Positions 63,332 through 64,000 of a DNA stretch of 64,000 nucleotides are shown one piece after another. The stretch is from Balanoglossus misakiensis (Eukaryota; Animalia; Hemichordata). The notes under the pieces were generated by a model that saw nothing but the letters and a program-made list of their open reading frames with translations, ran no database searches and was not told where the DNA came from. Each line of letters begins with the position of its first letter. The first letter of the stretch is position 1. The stretch is from NCBI GenBank assembly GCA_040954595.2, contig CM082596.2, positions 310,001-374,000 of the forward strand. Direction: 5' to 3'. The position numbers were made by a program, and so were the translations under genes.

Positions 63332-64000
63332 ATTACATGTACATTCACAAGCTACAATTTGTGTTTTCAGTATACAAAACACGGTGATCAATTTGCAGAC
63401 GTGGAGTCTGATCGATGGCGGCATTTCGGCCAAATTTCCGGACAAGTGTTGAATATAATCAAAACTGCATTTGACATTGAACCAAGATGAGTTAAACCAA
63501 TTATCTGTAAGGCCTCGATTCTCATGCATATTGACAAACAGGAATGACGTTTATCAAATGAAATGAGGCAGAGTGCGTCATCTACAATTGTGTAAAGTGA
63601 AACACACCTGTTATCAGAACGTTGATGATAGGCGTTGTCATGACAACATCCTGATCACTTTTAATTCGTCTCGTTTTTATATTGATGACATCCGATACTA
63701 AAAGCACGCACTCTGATTTTCTTCAGATATATCAACGCGTCAATGTATCTTATCTTTAGAACGTGGATATCATCATGTCACTTTTCATTTTAAGTAATAA
63801 GTGTACATTTTGAAATTGATATAGTACAGCATACACGCGCTCACTATTTTTTTCATAAAGGAAATGCGCTATTGCAAATCATCTAATAGGAATGACATAT
63901 GTAACTTGACAAGGTACGTTAATATTACGCCAATTTTTCATCTTTGACCAAATTTACAAGTAGTGCTCTATTGCTTTAAACACAAAGGGAACAGTGACGT

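Noticed and set aside
63371-63490. Plus-strand acceptor followed by a 39-codon open frame
   Set aside because: No partner exons or recognisable domain; FGQISGQVLNII resembles a LINE YGIxG motif
1-64000. CRISPR array, prokaryotic defence or retron system, rRNA, tRNA
   Set aside because: No repeat-spacer structure, no long intact ORFs and no RNA-gene signatures; the sequence is eukaryotic non-coding DNA

Overview
AT-rich (roughly 37% GC by eye) eukaryotic DNA with the look of a marine-invertebrate animal genome (inference only). It has no prokaryotic operons, CRISPR array, tRNA/rRNA or intact transposon. The one plausible host coding sequence is at the left edge: a minus-strand exon (strong acceptor at 290-291) whose ATG at 138/135 starts a 44-aa Ser/Thr-rich peptide with three clustered N-glycosylation sequons. 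This resembles the extracellular N-terminus of a class A GPCR whose remainder lies left of the window. The other ~63.7 kb is intronic or upstream DNA densely littered with very old, frameshifted TE coding relics, recognised by motif order and spacing in manual translation: many LINE reverse-transcriptase fragments (RTE-, CR1-, L2-like), Penelope-like RT and GIY-YIG pieces, a Gypsy RNase H/integrase piece and a Harbinger DDE piece. These explain many of the short ORFs and GC-richer patches. There is also a 653-bp (TATG)n array with recurrent CAG interruptions, several candidate non-coding exons overlapping LINE relics, and candidate cis-elements (CRE, RFX X-box, CTCF-like, ETS palindrome). I found no convincing previously undescribed system. 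TE calls are eye-made motif matches with approximate boundaries and need profile-HMM confirmation.
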